A stretch of DNA of 39,851 nucleotides, taken from positions 1 through 39,851 of the IMG/VR virus record IMGVR_UViG_3300043184_000018. One strand, written 5' to 3'. Shown in pieces: positions 24,182-32,482 of this stretch; position 1 is the first letter of the stretch, and the number at the start of each line of letters is the position of its first letter. The notes under the pieces were generated by a model. The model saw only the letters and a list, made by a program, of their open reading frames with translations, was not told the DNA's origin and did no database searches. Made by a program: the position numbers and the translations under genes. This DNA comes from a virus. Taxonomy: Duplodnaviria > Caudoviricetes.

Positions 24182-26876
24182 CCGTTACGGCGTAAAGCAC
24201 ATGCCCACCCGGGACCGTGTATTCCACGTTTAAGCTGGGCCCGTAACCCGCCGCGCCCGGTATTCCCCCCGTACCGGTCTGGTCATAACGCCACCCCGGT
24301 GACGCCGCTACATTAAGCCCCACCTGACCGGTCACACCAGCCCCGGTTTGGTCCGGTAACCCGTCCGCGCGAAACGCGCGTGTGAATGTCATGAACCCTG
24401 ACGCGTGGGGCTGGAAGACCGCGCCCGCCCGCCCTAGACGTGCCGTCGTAAACGGAGCGGCAAGAATGCGGGACTCTAGCCGACACGCAATGTTTTCGCC
24501 CGCATCGGTCGCGGTGCCCGGCTTGTCCCACTCATACACCGCGCCCGTCTGGGTAATTGCAACCATCTGCCTACGCGGGGAAACGTCGTACGGGAGAACG
24601 GCGCGAATGTCAATATTGAACGCATCTTGCACAAAACCCTGCGTGTCGACATCGTAGAGTAGTCCACGATTGTTCGCCCCCGCGCCCGCCTCCTCGCGGT
24701 AAAACAGTTGATAACGCTGATGCGCCGCGTAGCCACACGCATTTGTGATGTTCCCCGCGCGGAGCAAGTCGTCTACCACCTGATAGGACACCGATCGACT
24801 AGCCGCACCGTAGCTCTGTACCCGCATCTGCCCCTCGGAATCTAGCCAGTAAATCACGTTGTCAAAGGTTGCGATCGAAGAAACGGAACCGATCCCTTTC
24901 GTGACAACCTGCGCCGCTTGCGTAATCTGGAGCGCGTTGAACCCGCCAAGTCGGTACCCACTTCTATCCGTCAGCAAGAACACCGCGTCCACCCCGTAAA
25001 TGTCAGACTGGAGCCGAACCATTGCCTTCACCTGCTCGCCCCCAAATGTACGGAAAGTAGGTGATGTCACAAGAAGCGTACCGAACGCATCACTACGCAC
25101 CACACGTGAGAAATCAAAGAGATCGGTATCGCCCGACACCCACAGTTGAGACTGTCCGCCCGCGATTCCTTTGATGCCCGCCACATACAAGCGGTTATTC
25201 ACATTGAGGAACACACCACCCTTCGGGATCACTTGGTGCGTTTCGTCGTAAGCCAATCGCACAAGGCTTCGGTCAGAACCGAGCGTGTTGTCAGTCTTTA
25301 GGTTCAACGCACCCGCCGGGAGGGAGCCCGGTAACGCAAAAGAACCGTTTACGCCAAGGTGGTAGAAGGGGCCGAGCGCGGTCACGCCGTTAGACTCCTC
25401 GGGGTCGCTACGGTAAAAATACAAACTCCCCCTCACTGACGTTGCCGCTAGGTCGGATTGCACCCAGAACGCAGTGCTCGTCCCGCTTGGCGGAGCGTAT
25501 GCGTAAGCTTGAGCAGCGGGTGAACGGAACGCGCGGGTGAACCGGGTCGCCGCTACAGCCGACCCTTCCGAATAGGCGGCATCAAGCCCCGCCGCGACCG
25601 CGTAGAGCGATTGAGAGTCCACTTGCCCAGTCGTGAACACGCTCACTATCACGTCCCCGAATGTCGCCACTGGCTTCTCAACCGTCACGCGCAAGCCTGA
25701 CCACTGCGTCAAACCTCGCAACTCTAGGCATGGGTAGAACGCGCTAAAGTGTTGACTGGAACCGCCAACATTGCTAGGCACCACGGTTGGGGCTGAATCA
25801 CTTGCACGTGCCCACGCGTCGTAGAACGCAAGTCGGTATGCCGTCCCGAACGCCACGTAAGACCCGCCGAAAGCTGCGCCCTGCAAATCAAACGTATTTG
25901 GATCAATGACGGTCACTTTCCGCACACCGTTCGCGCCCGTCGCGCCCGTTACCCCCTCAACGCGCACGTAGTCATTCGTGCTGTAACCATGCCCAGCGAC
26001 CGTCACGCGAGGGGCACCGCTCCCGTTGTCCACTACATTCGTCACCGCTTTACCCAATTCGCCCGTCGCAAGCGCGAGAGCCTCTACTTTCGTCAGCACG
26101 TCGTACAGCTTGTTCCCCTGCGTCACAAACCCTATCTCGTTCTGGATGGTCGCGCCAACAACGCCCGGCACTCCGCTCGATGACGTGTGGAGGTACGCCG
26201 CATCGAATGTCAGCACCGCCGTCGCGCTTGCCGATGACCCCGTAGAGAACGCGTCAACATCAATGAACCCTGTGGAGGTGATGCTCGGAATGCTGAACGT
26301 CGTCGCATCACTCTCGTCGAGGTCCCGCGCGTACGTGCTCGTGCAGTCAAACTCGGCAAACGGGACGGGCCGCTGAGTGACCGTTGTCGGCACACCGGGG
26401 TCATCGTGGACCGCGATCACATTCGGCGAGCCAAACTGGAATATGCGGGGGGCATCAAACCCATTGCCCATCACCACTACATCCTGAACTGCAAACAGGG
26501 TTTGCAGTGGGCCGCGATTCACTTGGCACACCTCGAACCCAACCATGCCGTCCTGAGTGAACCGAGTAGCCGCAGTCGTCATCTCGATCCACACCGCGCC
26601 GCTCCACGCGTAGCACCGCGTCGTCCCCGCTATACGGAACGCCGCGAAAATCCATTGGCCACCACCGACGCTTGCCGTCATCGCTCCACGAAACTCTGCC
26701 GCCGCGTCAATCTGCGCCGTCAGCGCGATCCCGTAACCGTTGCGGGCCTTGATCGCTAGGCTGTCCACCCGGACGTTCCGAAGAAGCCGGGCGTAGCTAT
26801 TCGGCAGGAACTCTGGCTCGACCGCCGTAATCATCCCCCGCACCGGCGCGTTTGCCCCGAATACAGGAACGTTCAA
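24141..26876 (-). CDS. tail nozzle/stabilisation protein (P22 gp10/T7 gp12-like)
   Basis: 911 aa beta-rich; NRLYVAG...LWVS, GIGSVSSIA...IYWL propeller-like motifs; follows the adaptor. Confidence 0.72.
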   Translation of the reverse strand: MNVPVFGANAPVRGMITAVEPEFLPNSYARLLRNVRVDSLAIKARNGYGIALTAQIDAAAEFRGAMTASVGGGQWIFAAFRIAGTTRCYAWSGAVWIEMTTAATRFTQDGMVGFEVCQVNRGPLQTLFAVQDVVVMGNGFDAPRIFQFGSPNVIAVHDDPGVPTTVTQRPVPFAEFDCTSTYARDLDESDATTFSIPSITSTGFIDVDAFSTGSSASATAVLTFDAAYLHTSSSGVPGVVGATIQNEIGFVTQGNKLYDVLTKVEALALATGELGKAVTNVVDNGSGAPRVTVAGHGYSTNDYVRVEGVTGATGANGVRKVTVIDPNTFDLQGAAFGGSYVAFGTAYRLAFYDAWARASDSAPTVVPSNVGGSSQHFSAFYPCLELRGLTQWSGLRVTVEKPVATFGDVIVSVFTTGQVDSQSLYAVAAGLDAAYSEGSAVAATRFTRAFRSPAAQAYAYAPPSGTSTAFWVQSDLAATSVRGSLYFYRSDPEESNGVTALGPFYHLGVNGSFALPGSLPAGALNLKTDNTLGSDRSLVRLAYDETHQVIPKGGVFLNVNNRLYVAGIKGIAGGQSQLWVSGDTDLFDFSRVVRSDAFGTLLVTSPTFRTFGGEQVKAMVRLQSDIYGVDAVFLLTDRSGYRLGGFNALQITQAAQVVTKGIGSVSSIATFDNVIYWLDSEGQMRVQSYGAASRSVSYQVVDDLLRAGNITNACGYAAHQRYQLFYREEAGAGANNRGLLYDVDTQGFVQDAFNIDIRAVLPYDVSPRRQMVAITQTGAVYEWDKPGTATDAGENIACRLESRILAAPFTTARLGRAGAVFQPHASGFMTFTRAFRADGLPDQTGAGVTGQVGLNVAASPGWRYDQTGTGGIPGAAGYGPSLNVEYTVPGGHVLYAVTVDIEGGQSGARSG

Positions 26877-27559
26877 ATGAACCTCGTCTGCTTGCCAGCA
26901 ATGAACGGGACATACTTGGGGGCGCGAGCCTCACGGAGCCGACGTGAAACGTGGACACGCATCATGCCGATGTAGCGCGCGTACCTATCCTCCCAGTACC
27001 CCACCCTCTCGTGGTCGCGCCGCTCCGCCCACCGTAACGCCATTCCGCACAAGAATAAATCGTCGGTCAGGAACCCCGCAGGAATCGCCTCGGTCCCCGT
27101 AATGTCTGCCCGCACCGTGGCTTCAAGTCGCACACGCGGATACGTGCCCGACGTGCCAAGCGTAGGCGTAGGGTAGAACCCGATCGTCTGTACGCCCACA
27201 TCACCCACCGCGCCACCGCTCGTATAACAAAGAATAGGCGTGATGCCTGAAGCGTTGCGCCACTGAGGGTAGAACATCCGTAAATAATCAAGGTCCTGCA
27301 CATCAAGGCGAGTGTGAGTGTTAATCACCGCCGAGGGCTCGTACCACACCTCGTGGATCGCGATCACCTCTTCTGAAAGCGTGTACTGCGCTACCCCGCT
27401 CGTCAAGCTCACATAAGCCGGAGCCGTACGCACCTGAAACATCGACAACAGCTCTCGGTACGTGTTGTTAAACAGTTCAGTGGCGACTGCCGTAGGACAT
27501 TCCGGGTAGTACCCAGAGTCCGTAAACTTGGTGATCACTTGGTCTACGGTAGACGCCAC
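26873..27559 (-). CDS. head-tail adaptor protein
   Basis: 228 aa; LTSGVAQYTL, IGFYPTP, C-terminal helices. Confidence 0.72.
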   Translation of the reverse strand: MASTVDQVITKFTDSGYYPECPTAVATELFNNTYRELLSMFQVRTAPAYVSLTSGVAQYTLSEEVIAIHEVWYEPSAVINTHTRLDVQDLDYLRMFYPQWRNASGITPILCYTSGGAVGDVGVQTIGFYPTPTLGTSGTYPRVRLEATVRADITGTEAIPAGFLTDDLFLCGMALRWAERRDHERVGYWEDRYARYIGMMRVHVSRRLREARAPKYVPFIAGKQTRFI

Positions 27560-27786
27560 TAGAAGAACCTCCGTGGCCGCGCCGCCCTAGGAGCGTCCCG
27601 CTCGTCCGCGTCGTCCGTATAGCAAAACGCTACCCGCTTGCTCCTCACTAACCCAAACGTCAGGACGCTAAGGCGGCCATCCCCCACCGTTAACCCCGCG
27701 CCGCCCGTGACGGGGGATAGACACCGCCCGTAATAACCCGGCACCCGCACTAAATAGGTCACATACGGACTCGGCGCGAACCTCAC
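27559..27786 (-). CDS. hypothetical protein
   Basis: 75 aa; start and stop overlap both neighbours. Confidence 0.5.
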   Translation of the reverse strand: MRFAPSPYVTYLVRVPGYYGRCLSPVTGGAGLTVGDGRLSVLTFGLVRSKRVAFCYTDDADERDAPRAARPRRFF

Positions 27787-28337
27787 TGGAACCGCCCCTT
27801 CTCACCACCGTTAATCGCTTCCGTAAACGTGGAAGCCATGAGCGGGGTGGCGTTGTCATCGGCATACACAATAACTTGGTCCGCCGGGGTAGCGGTGCGG
27901 TTACGGAAGAACCGAAACAGTGTCGCGAGCACTGAGCCAAAGCTTGCCGCGTTCGGGCTGGGAGCGAACACACCCTCCAGCTGAGACCACACCGCAAGCG
28001 CAATCTGCGCAAGGGTCAGTTGCTCAGGTCGGAGCACTAACTCATCACAGTTCACGTGCGCATTCACGCTATCGACCGTCGCCTCCACGTGCACGAGGTA
28101 ACACTTATTCACTTCAAACCCGTTCGCCGCAGTCAGCGCAATATCAGCCGCGTACAGCCCCGTCCTGTTCGTGTCATCCAGTAGCGCAAGGGTTCCGGTC
28201 AGGATCGGAGTGCCTACAGCTTGTTTGTACACCTGGTAAGTCACGCTCCCGGTCGCGTCGTACTTCGCGCCCGTCGTAAACTGGGACGCCGCCGCGTACA
28301 CTGTCCAAGTATCGTTCAGGTAACAGATTGACTTCAT
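27783..28337 (-). CDS. putative virion protein
   Basis: 184 aa Ig-like beta N-terminus (TGLY motif), IALAVW segment. Confidence 0.7.
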   Translation of the reverse strand: MKSICYLNDTWTVYAAASQFTTGAKYDATGSVTYQVYKQAVGTPILTGTLALLDDTNRTGLYAADIALTAANGFEVNKCYLVHVEATVDSVNAHVNCDELVLRPEQLTLAQIALAVWSQLEGVFAPSPNAASFGSVLATLFRFFRNRTATPADQVIVYADDNATPLMASTFTEAINGGEKGRFQ

Positions 28338-28912
28338 TGGACGCAGAACCCCTTGAGCACCTTCACCGAACGGATACCGTCAGCAAGCGGCAACTCACCA
28401 CCCACATTATACATAGCGGTAAGCCCGTCCGCCGTTACCGTAGGGGCTACCGGGTACAGAACCGGAGGCACCTCCACCTCCGCCTCAAGCCGGAACCAGA
28501 AATACACGTCGCCTGCATTCAGTGCCGCAATGGTCACACCGTCCGTCAAACAGTCAAACGAGTACAGCGTCAACCCTGAAGGCAACCGAGCGGGCGTGGC
28601 CCCTAGTGCCGCATTTGTCCCCAGCGGTCCCGAAACGTCACCAAGGGAAACCACGGCCCAATTCGACCACGCCGCGTTCGGGAACGGGGACGTCGGGTTC
28701 GGGATTGCCCCCACTTGAATTTGTAGCGATATATACGGCGGAAGCGATATAAATGGCGGAGAGGGCACATCAACCCTCACCCGCACCCAGTCTGTCTTCA
28801 CCTGTGCGGTTGCACTCGGACCAACCGGAGAGAATATGTCACTTAGGTTAGACCACGGGTTAGCCGTGGGGAATGCCACGTTCGTTGGGACGGACAGCGA
28901 AAGGATTGGCAT
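28334..28912 (-). CDS. putative virion protein
   Basis: 192 aa P/V/S-rich; coupled on both sides. Confidence 0.7.
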   Translation of the reverse strand: MPILSLSVPTNVAFPTANPWSNLSDIFSPVGPSATAQVKTDWVRVRVDVPSPPFISLPPYISLQIQVGAIPNPTSPFPNAAWSNWAVVSLGDVSGPLGTNAALGATPARLPSGLTLYSFDCLTDGVTIAALNAGDVYFWFRLEAEVEVPPVLYPVAPTVTADGLTAMYNVGGELPLADGIRSVKVLKGFCVQ

Positions 28913-29013
28913 TACTTCTTGCCCTTCTTCCCTTTCTTCTTGCAGGAACCGGGCGCGTAAGCCTTCTTCCCCTTAACAGGCTCGTACCCCTTCCAGCAAC
29001 GACCGCGCTTCAT
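28912..29013 (-). CDS. 33 aa basic microprotein MKRGRCWKGYEPVKGKKAYAPGSCKKKGKKGKK
   Basis: CWKGY...GSC motif; TAATG overlap with the next gene; TACACT 6 nt upstream of ATG. Confidence 0.7.
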   Translation of the reverse strand: MKRGRCWKGYEPVKGKKAYAPGSCKKKGKKGKK

Positions 29014-29032
29014 GGCAATAGTGTACCCCTGT

Positions 29033-29102
29033 AAAAGAGTGAGGGAGCCCGCCACACCAACGGACCCCCTACAGCAACACACCACCACACTGACTGGGTG
29101 AC
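29033..29102 (-). ncRNA. candidate ~70 nt GU-rich small RNA
   Basis: Lies between a near-consensus promoter and a 12-bp hairpin (29042-29070; G-U pairs valid only on the - strand) followed by CACUCUUUU; no ORF. Confidence 0.55.
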
Positions 29103-29108
29103 GTATTT

Positions 29109-29137
29109 AATGTACCACGGGACTGGCCGTTTGTCAA
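29109..29137 (-). promoter_or_regulatory. strong sigma70-type promoter
   Basis: TTGACA-17 bp-TACATT with extended -10 TG; overlapped by the inverted repeat CACGGGA-N19-TCCCGTG (29116-29148). Confidence 0.8.
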
Positions 29138-29153
29138 CCCTTCCCGTGAGAAT

Positions 29154-29684
29154 TTACACCACCGTCACGTAAAGCGTGGCAACAAGGCTGTTGACGTTGC
29201 CCGATGCCTCCGCTACGTTCAGGAATCCCGTGCTCCCCCATACCTGCGACGGACGCCCGTTCGTGCCCGCTTCCGCCGCGACGATGTTATCGAAGAGCCC
29301 CCCGGTCGCGCCCGACAGCCCGTCAAACAGCCCGTCGTTAGCGGTAGCCGCATTTGCGCCCACCCCAATATCCAACGTGCTCGCCGCGCCGCTCGCCGTA
29401 GTGATCCGCAAGACTGCGCGGATAATCCGCACCTCTGCCCCAAACGGGTTTGCAATCGACGCGAACACGCCGGTACTCCCCGCCGCGCCCGTGATGTTCA
29501 GCGCAACCGTGCGCGGAACGCTGAGCACCGAAGTCCATTGCGCCGCAACCTGGCCCGCCGCGTTCAGGATTTGAGGGTTCCCGGACGCATCGAAATGCAG
29601 CCCGGCCCTGGACACGTTGTCGGAGTCCAACCCGAGGGTTGGACGTCCGTTCGGCTCCACGTTGCGAGACGTGTAAACCGCCAT
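29154..29684 (-). CDS. putative head decoration/minor capsid protein
   Basis: 176 aa G/A/T-rich, TAATG-coupled to the capsid gene. Confidence 0.7.
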   Translation of the reverse strand: MAVYTSRNVEPNGRPTLGLDSDNVSRAGLHFDASGNPQILNAAGQVAAQWTSVLSVPRTVALNITGAAGSTGVFASIANPFGAEVRIIRAVLRITTASGAASTLDIGVGANAATANDGLFDGLSGATGGLFDNIVAAEAGTNGRPSQVWGSTGFLNVAEASGNVNSLVATLYVTVV

Positions 29685-30607
29685 TACGACCCCAGTCCGG
29701 TAGAACCGAGAACGCCGCGCCAGTCCCCGATCGCCCGGCCCCACGCCTGACGAAGGTAGAAGAAGTGCGCGTTCGTGCTCGCCAACCGGCTGTCATCGCG
29801 CGTGTACACGCGTGGCGACTTGTCCAGCATGTACATCTTGTGGGATTCGTGCACCAAGAACCACGCGGCGGGGTTCGTGATGAAGTTCGACACCACCAGA
29901 TCAATGCCACTCGAGATGACATTCTTCGCGTTCGTGTCGTTTTGCGGTTCACCCATTGATTCAAGCAGCGTTCGCGCCCGGAACCGGTTCGCCGGAGAAA
30001 CCACCAGCTTAAATCGGCCCGTGATGATTTGTGGACCTGCACCTTGGACGTGCGGCGGAGTGTTCTCTGCCTGAATCAATGCCGCCTCAAGCGAGGAGTA
30101 CGTTAAGGGGGGGTTCGTGACGCTTCCCGCAACGATAATGTTGGACGCCGTGCCGACCGCAAGCGGGTGCGCCGCCGAGAACAGTGCCTGGCCGTCAGGA
30201 CATGGAATCCCGATCCCGGTAGACACGAACCCACCGTTGAAGAAGTTCGCCATGTCCTGCTCAATGGCGGTGTCCATCGCTTGACGCATTGGCTTGTCTT
30301 GCATCTTCGCGATAACGCCGTACTTGTCCGTGCGCACCGCGTCTATGTCAACCGCGTGGCCAAACGCGCGGCGGAACGCCATGTACTCCGCGCTAAACGG
30401 AGTCACGAAGTCCACGATGGGGTTGGGGCTACCTTGGTTGACAATCGGCGGGACCGGGAACCCTGCGTATGTGAACATCCGCAAAGTCATTTCGTCCAGC
30501 AACATCTCCTTCGTGAACTGGGTCCACTGACGAACGGCATTGCGTTCGTCTAGATTAATCGCCTCTTGCTTTTCCTTGTCGTTTAACAGCTTGGTTTCTA
30601 CTCGCAT
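29684..30607 (-). CDS. major capsid protein (Mu gpT-like, HK97 fold)
   Basis: CPDGQALFSAAHP, LVVSP, AWFL, DWRG..GSTG; AGGAG SD; head module position. Confidence 0.88.
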   Translation of the reverse strand: MRVETKLLNDKEKQEAINLDERNAVRQWTQFTKEMLLDEMTLRMFTYAGFPVPPIVNQGSPNPIVDFVTPFSAEYMAFRRAFGHAVDIDAVRTDKYGVIAKMQDKPMRQAMDTAIEQDMANFFNGGFVSTGIGIPCPDGQALFSAAHPLAVGTASNIIVAGSVTNPPLTYSSLEAALIQAENTPPHVQGAGPQIITGRFKLVVSPANRFRARTLLESMGEPQNDTNAKNVISSGIDLVVSNFITNPAAWFLVHESHKMYMLDKSPRVYTRDDSRLASTNAHFFYLRQAWGRAIGDWRGVLGSTGLGS

Positions 30608-30619
30608 AATGCCTTCTCC

Positions 30620-31171
30620 TTAGAACTGCGGGGTCCCCCAGTACAGCGTGTACTGACTCGTGTTGTCATTGTTGTCGTACTGCTCAAACAGCTTTGCGAC
30701 CGGGTTGGTTGTGCCGGCGAGGTTCCAACCGTAACCGCTTCCGTAGAGCGTTGTGTTGACCCGGCAAATCTCGTAGGCCGCGCCCGCCGAAACGTCACGC
30801 GGTTCCGCCGCGCCCGCCGTCGCCGCAATAAGCGGGAACGCGAACTCGTTGTTAGGGGACCAACGCGCAACCTGAATACTGTTCGCGTTCGCTTGCTCTA
30901 TGTCCACACCGGAAGCGTTCGTCTTGATGTTTTGGAGCGCAACCCCGACAATCACAAGGGCGCCCAACTGAGGAGTCGTCGCTCCTGCCACAGGAAGCGT
31001 AAGGGCTTGCTCTACCGTGTCGCCGCCCGCCGAGCGCACGAGCACATCACCCTCGCGAATGTCTTGGTTTGCCGCAACTCGATGCGAGGCTTGAGCGACT
31101 ACCGTGCCGCCAACCCCGCGCACAAGATTCGCCGGGACAATGGTGCCCGGGATTAGGTTCTGAAAAGACAT
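30620..31171 (-). CDS. putative capsid cement/decoration protein
   Basis: AAGGAG SD; IREGDVL, IVGVA motifs; directly upstream of the capsid gene. Confidence 0.7.
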   Translation of the reverse strand: MSFQNLIPGTIVPANLVRGVGGTVVAQASHRVAANQDIREGDVLVRSAGGDTVEQALTLPVAGATTPQLGALVIVGVALQNIKTNASGVDIEQANANSIQVARWSPNNEFAFPLIAATAGAAEPRDVSAGAAYEICRVNTTLYGSGYGWNLAGTTNPVAKLFEQYDNNDNTSQYTLYWGTPQF

Positions 31172-31225
31172 GTCGTCGTATACTCCTTGTTGCGGCAATG
31201 ACCGCGAAATTCAGTATACGACGAC
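31172..31225. repeat. 13-bp perfect inverted repeat with inner hairpin at the start of the capsid gene block
   Basis: GTCGTCGTATACT (31172-31184) and AGTATACGACGAC (31213-31225). Confidence 0.9.
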
Positions 31226-31237
31226 TTTTTAATTGGC

Positions 31238-31615
31238 TTATTCGGCCAGAACGAGTGCGCTCCGGGTGGCCGCGTCTTCCGTGCAAACAATGCCCTTCGG
31301 CGGGTTTGCGTTCATGGCTTCCTCGGAAACCGTGTTCACGTGCATGGCTAATCCCGCTTTTGCTTCTGCTTGCGCACGAAGCTCTTCGGCCAACTCCTTG
31401 CGCATCCGCAACAGTGTTCCGCGCCCCGTGTACTCCTTGACCTCTTCCGCGCCGCGCTGGATGTAGTACGTCCAGATGTAGTTATGGTCCGCCGTCGCGT
31501 GATGGTCATTTGATGGCGGGTCAAAGAGCATGTAGTGATAACCGTCACCGTACGTCTTGTTCCAGTGCGACGCCTCAGATTCCGGCGACCGGAACTTTTT
31601 TGTGATTTGCCTCAT
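31238..31615 (-). CDS. hypothetical head-module protein
   Basis: 125 aa, AGGAGG SD, ATGA overlap. Confidence 0.75.
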   Translation of the reverse strand: MRQITKKFRSPESEASHWNKTYGDGYHYMLFDPPSNDHHATADHNYIWTYYIQRGAEEVKEYTGRGTLLRMRKELAEELRAQAEAKAGLAMHVNTVSEEAMNANPPKGIVCTEDAATRSALVLAE

Positions 31616-32259
31616 GCGTTTCCTCCTTGTCTTTCTCGCTTAAGAACTTCCCGGATGTCGTCTTCGGACATCCCGAACGCCCGAAGCTTTGCAACGTCAA
31701 GCGTTGTCTTTGCCGCAGGGCGCGACGCCTTTGGCGATGCGTCTGACGCTACCGGTTTCGCCGGGGTCTTCTTCGCGGGAGTCGCCGCGTTCTTGCCGGA
31801 CGCCTTTACCAATGCCTGAAAGTCAGGATCGGCGATTATCGCCGCTTGATACTCCGCCTTAAACTTGGACGCAAACCGTTTTACCGCCGCCCGTTTGTCC
31901 TCTGGGATGGCCTCGAGGGCCCTTGGCACCTCAACCCGCGCGGTCAAGATGTCAATCTGGCGTTGCAACGGAGCCGTTGCGCGGCGCACGATGGCGTCAA
32001 CGTCGTACGGGTCCACCTCTTCCTCGTCTTCATCCGGATCCGGTGCCGCTTCGGGCTCCTGCCGCCCGTTTTGGACCATCTCCACCAACGCCTGCGCGAG
32101 CCGTCGAGTAATGTCTTCAGACTGCTCAGGAGACTCCTCCCCGTCCGAGTCGTCCTCTTCGTAGCCTTCCTGTTCGTCGTCAGGCAATTCCTCCAGTTGC
32201 TCTTCAGTGCCCCCGGGGCCCAGTAAATCCTCGGTAGTGTTCAGCTCTTCGTTATCCAT
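31612..32259 (-). CDS. capsid scaffolding protein
   Basis: Very acidic N-terminus, helical middle, basic P/K linker and C-terminal FGMSEDD helix; between portal and capsid. Confidence 0.75.
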   Translation of the reverse strand: MDNEELNTTEDLLGPGGTEEQLEELPDDEQEGYEEDDSDGEESPEQSEDITRRLAQALVEMVQNGRQEPEAAPDPDEDEEEVDPYDVDAIVRRATAPLQRQIDILTARVEVPRALEAIPEDKRAAVKRFASKFKAEYQAAIIADPDFQALVKASGKNAATPAKKTPAKPVASDASPKASRPAAKTTLDVAKLRAFGMSEDDIREVLKRERQGGNA

Positions 32260-32482
32260 TGATCCGTCCTTGTTCGTTCCTTACGTGCGAAATGAAATTG
32301 TCCATGTACTTGGTGCCCACCAGCCGGTCAATCAAGGAAATCTCCGCCTGCCGCGCTACCATCGCTAGGTGATCCGATGGCGGCGTCGTCAAGAGGGAGC
32401 GAACCAGTTCCCGCTGGGTCCGCAAAAGGTCCTGAAGGTAAAGCCGCAGGGCTACCGATTCCGGGATCGCCCGGGGGTCCAC
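32252..32482 (-). CDS. small helical protein overlapping the portal 3' end
   Basis: Open frame to 32551; GTG 32482 is a guessed start; amphipathic helices; stop overlaps the scaffold start. Confidence 0.55.
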   Translation of the reverse strand: MDPRAIPESVALRLYLQDLLRTQRELVRSLLTTPPSDHLAMVARQAEISLIDRLVGTKYMDNFISHVRNEQGRING

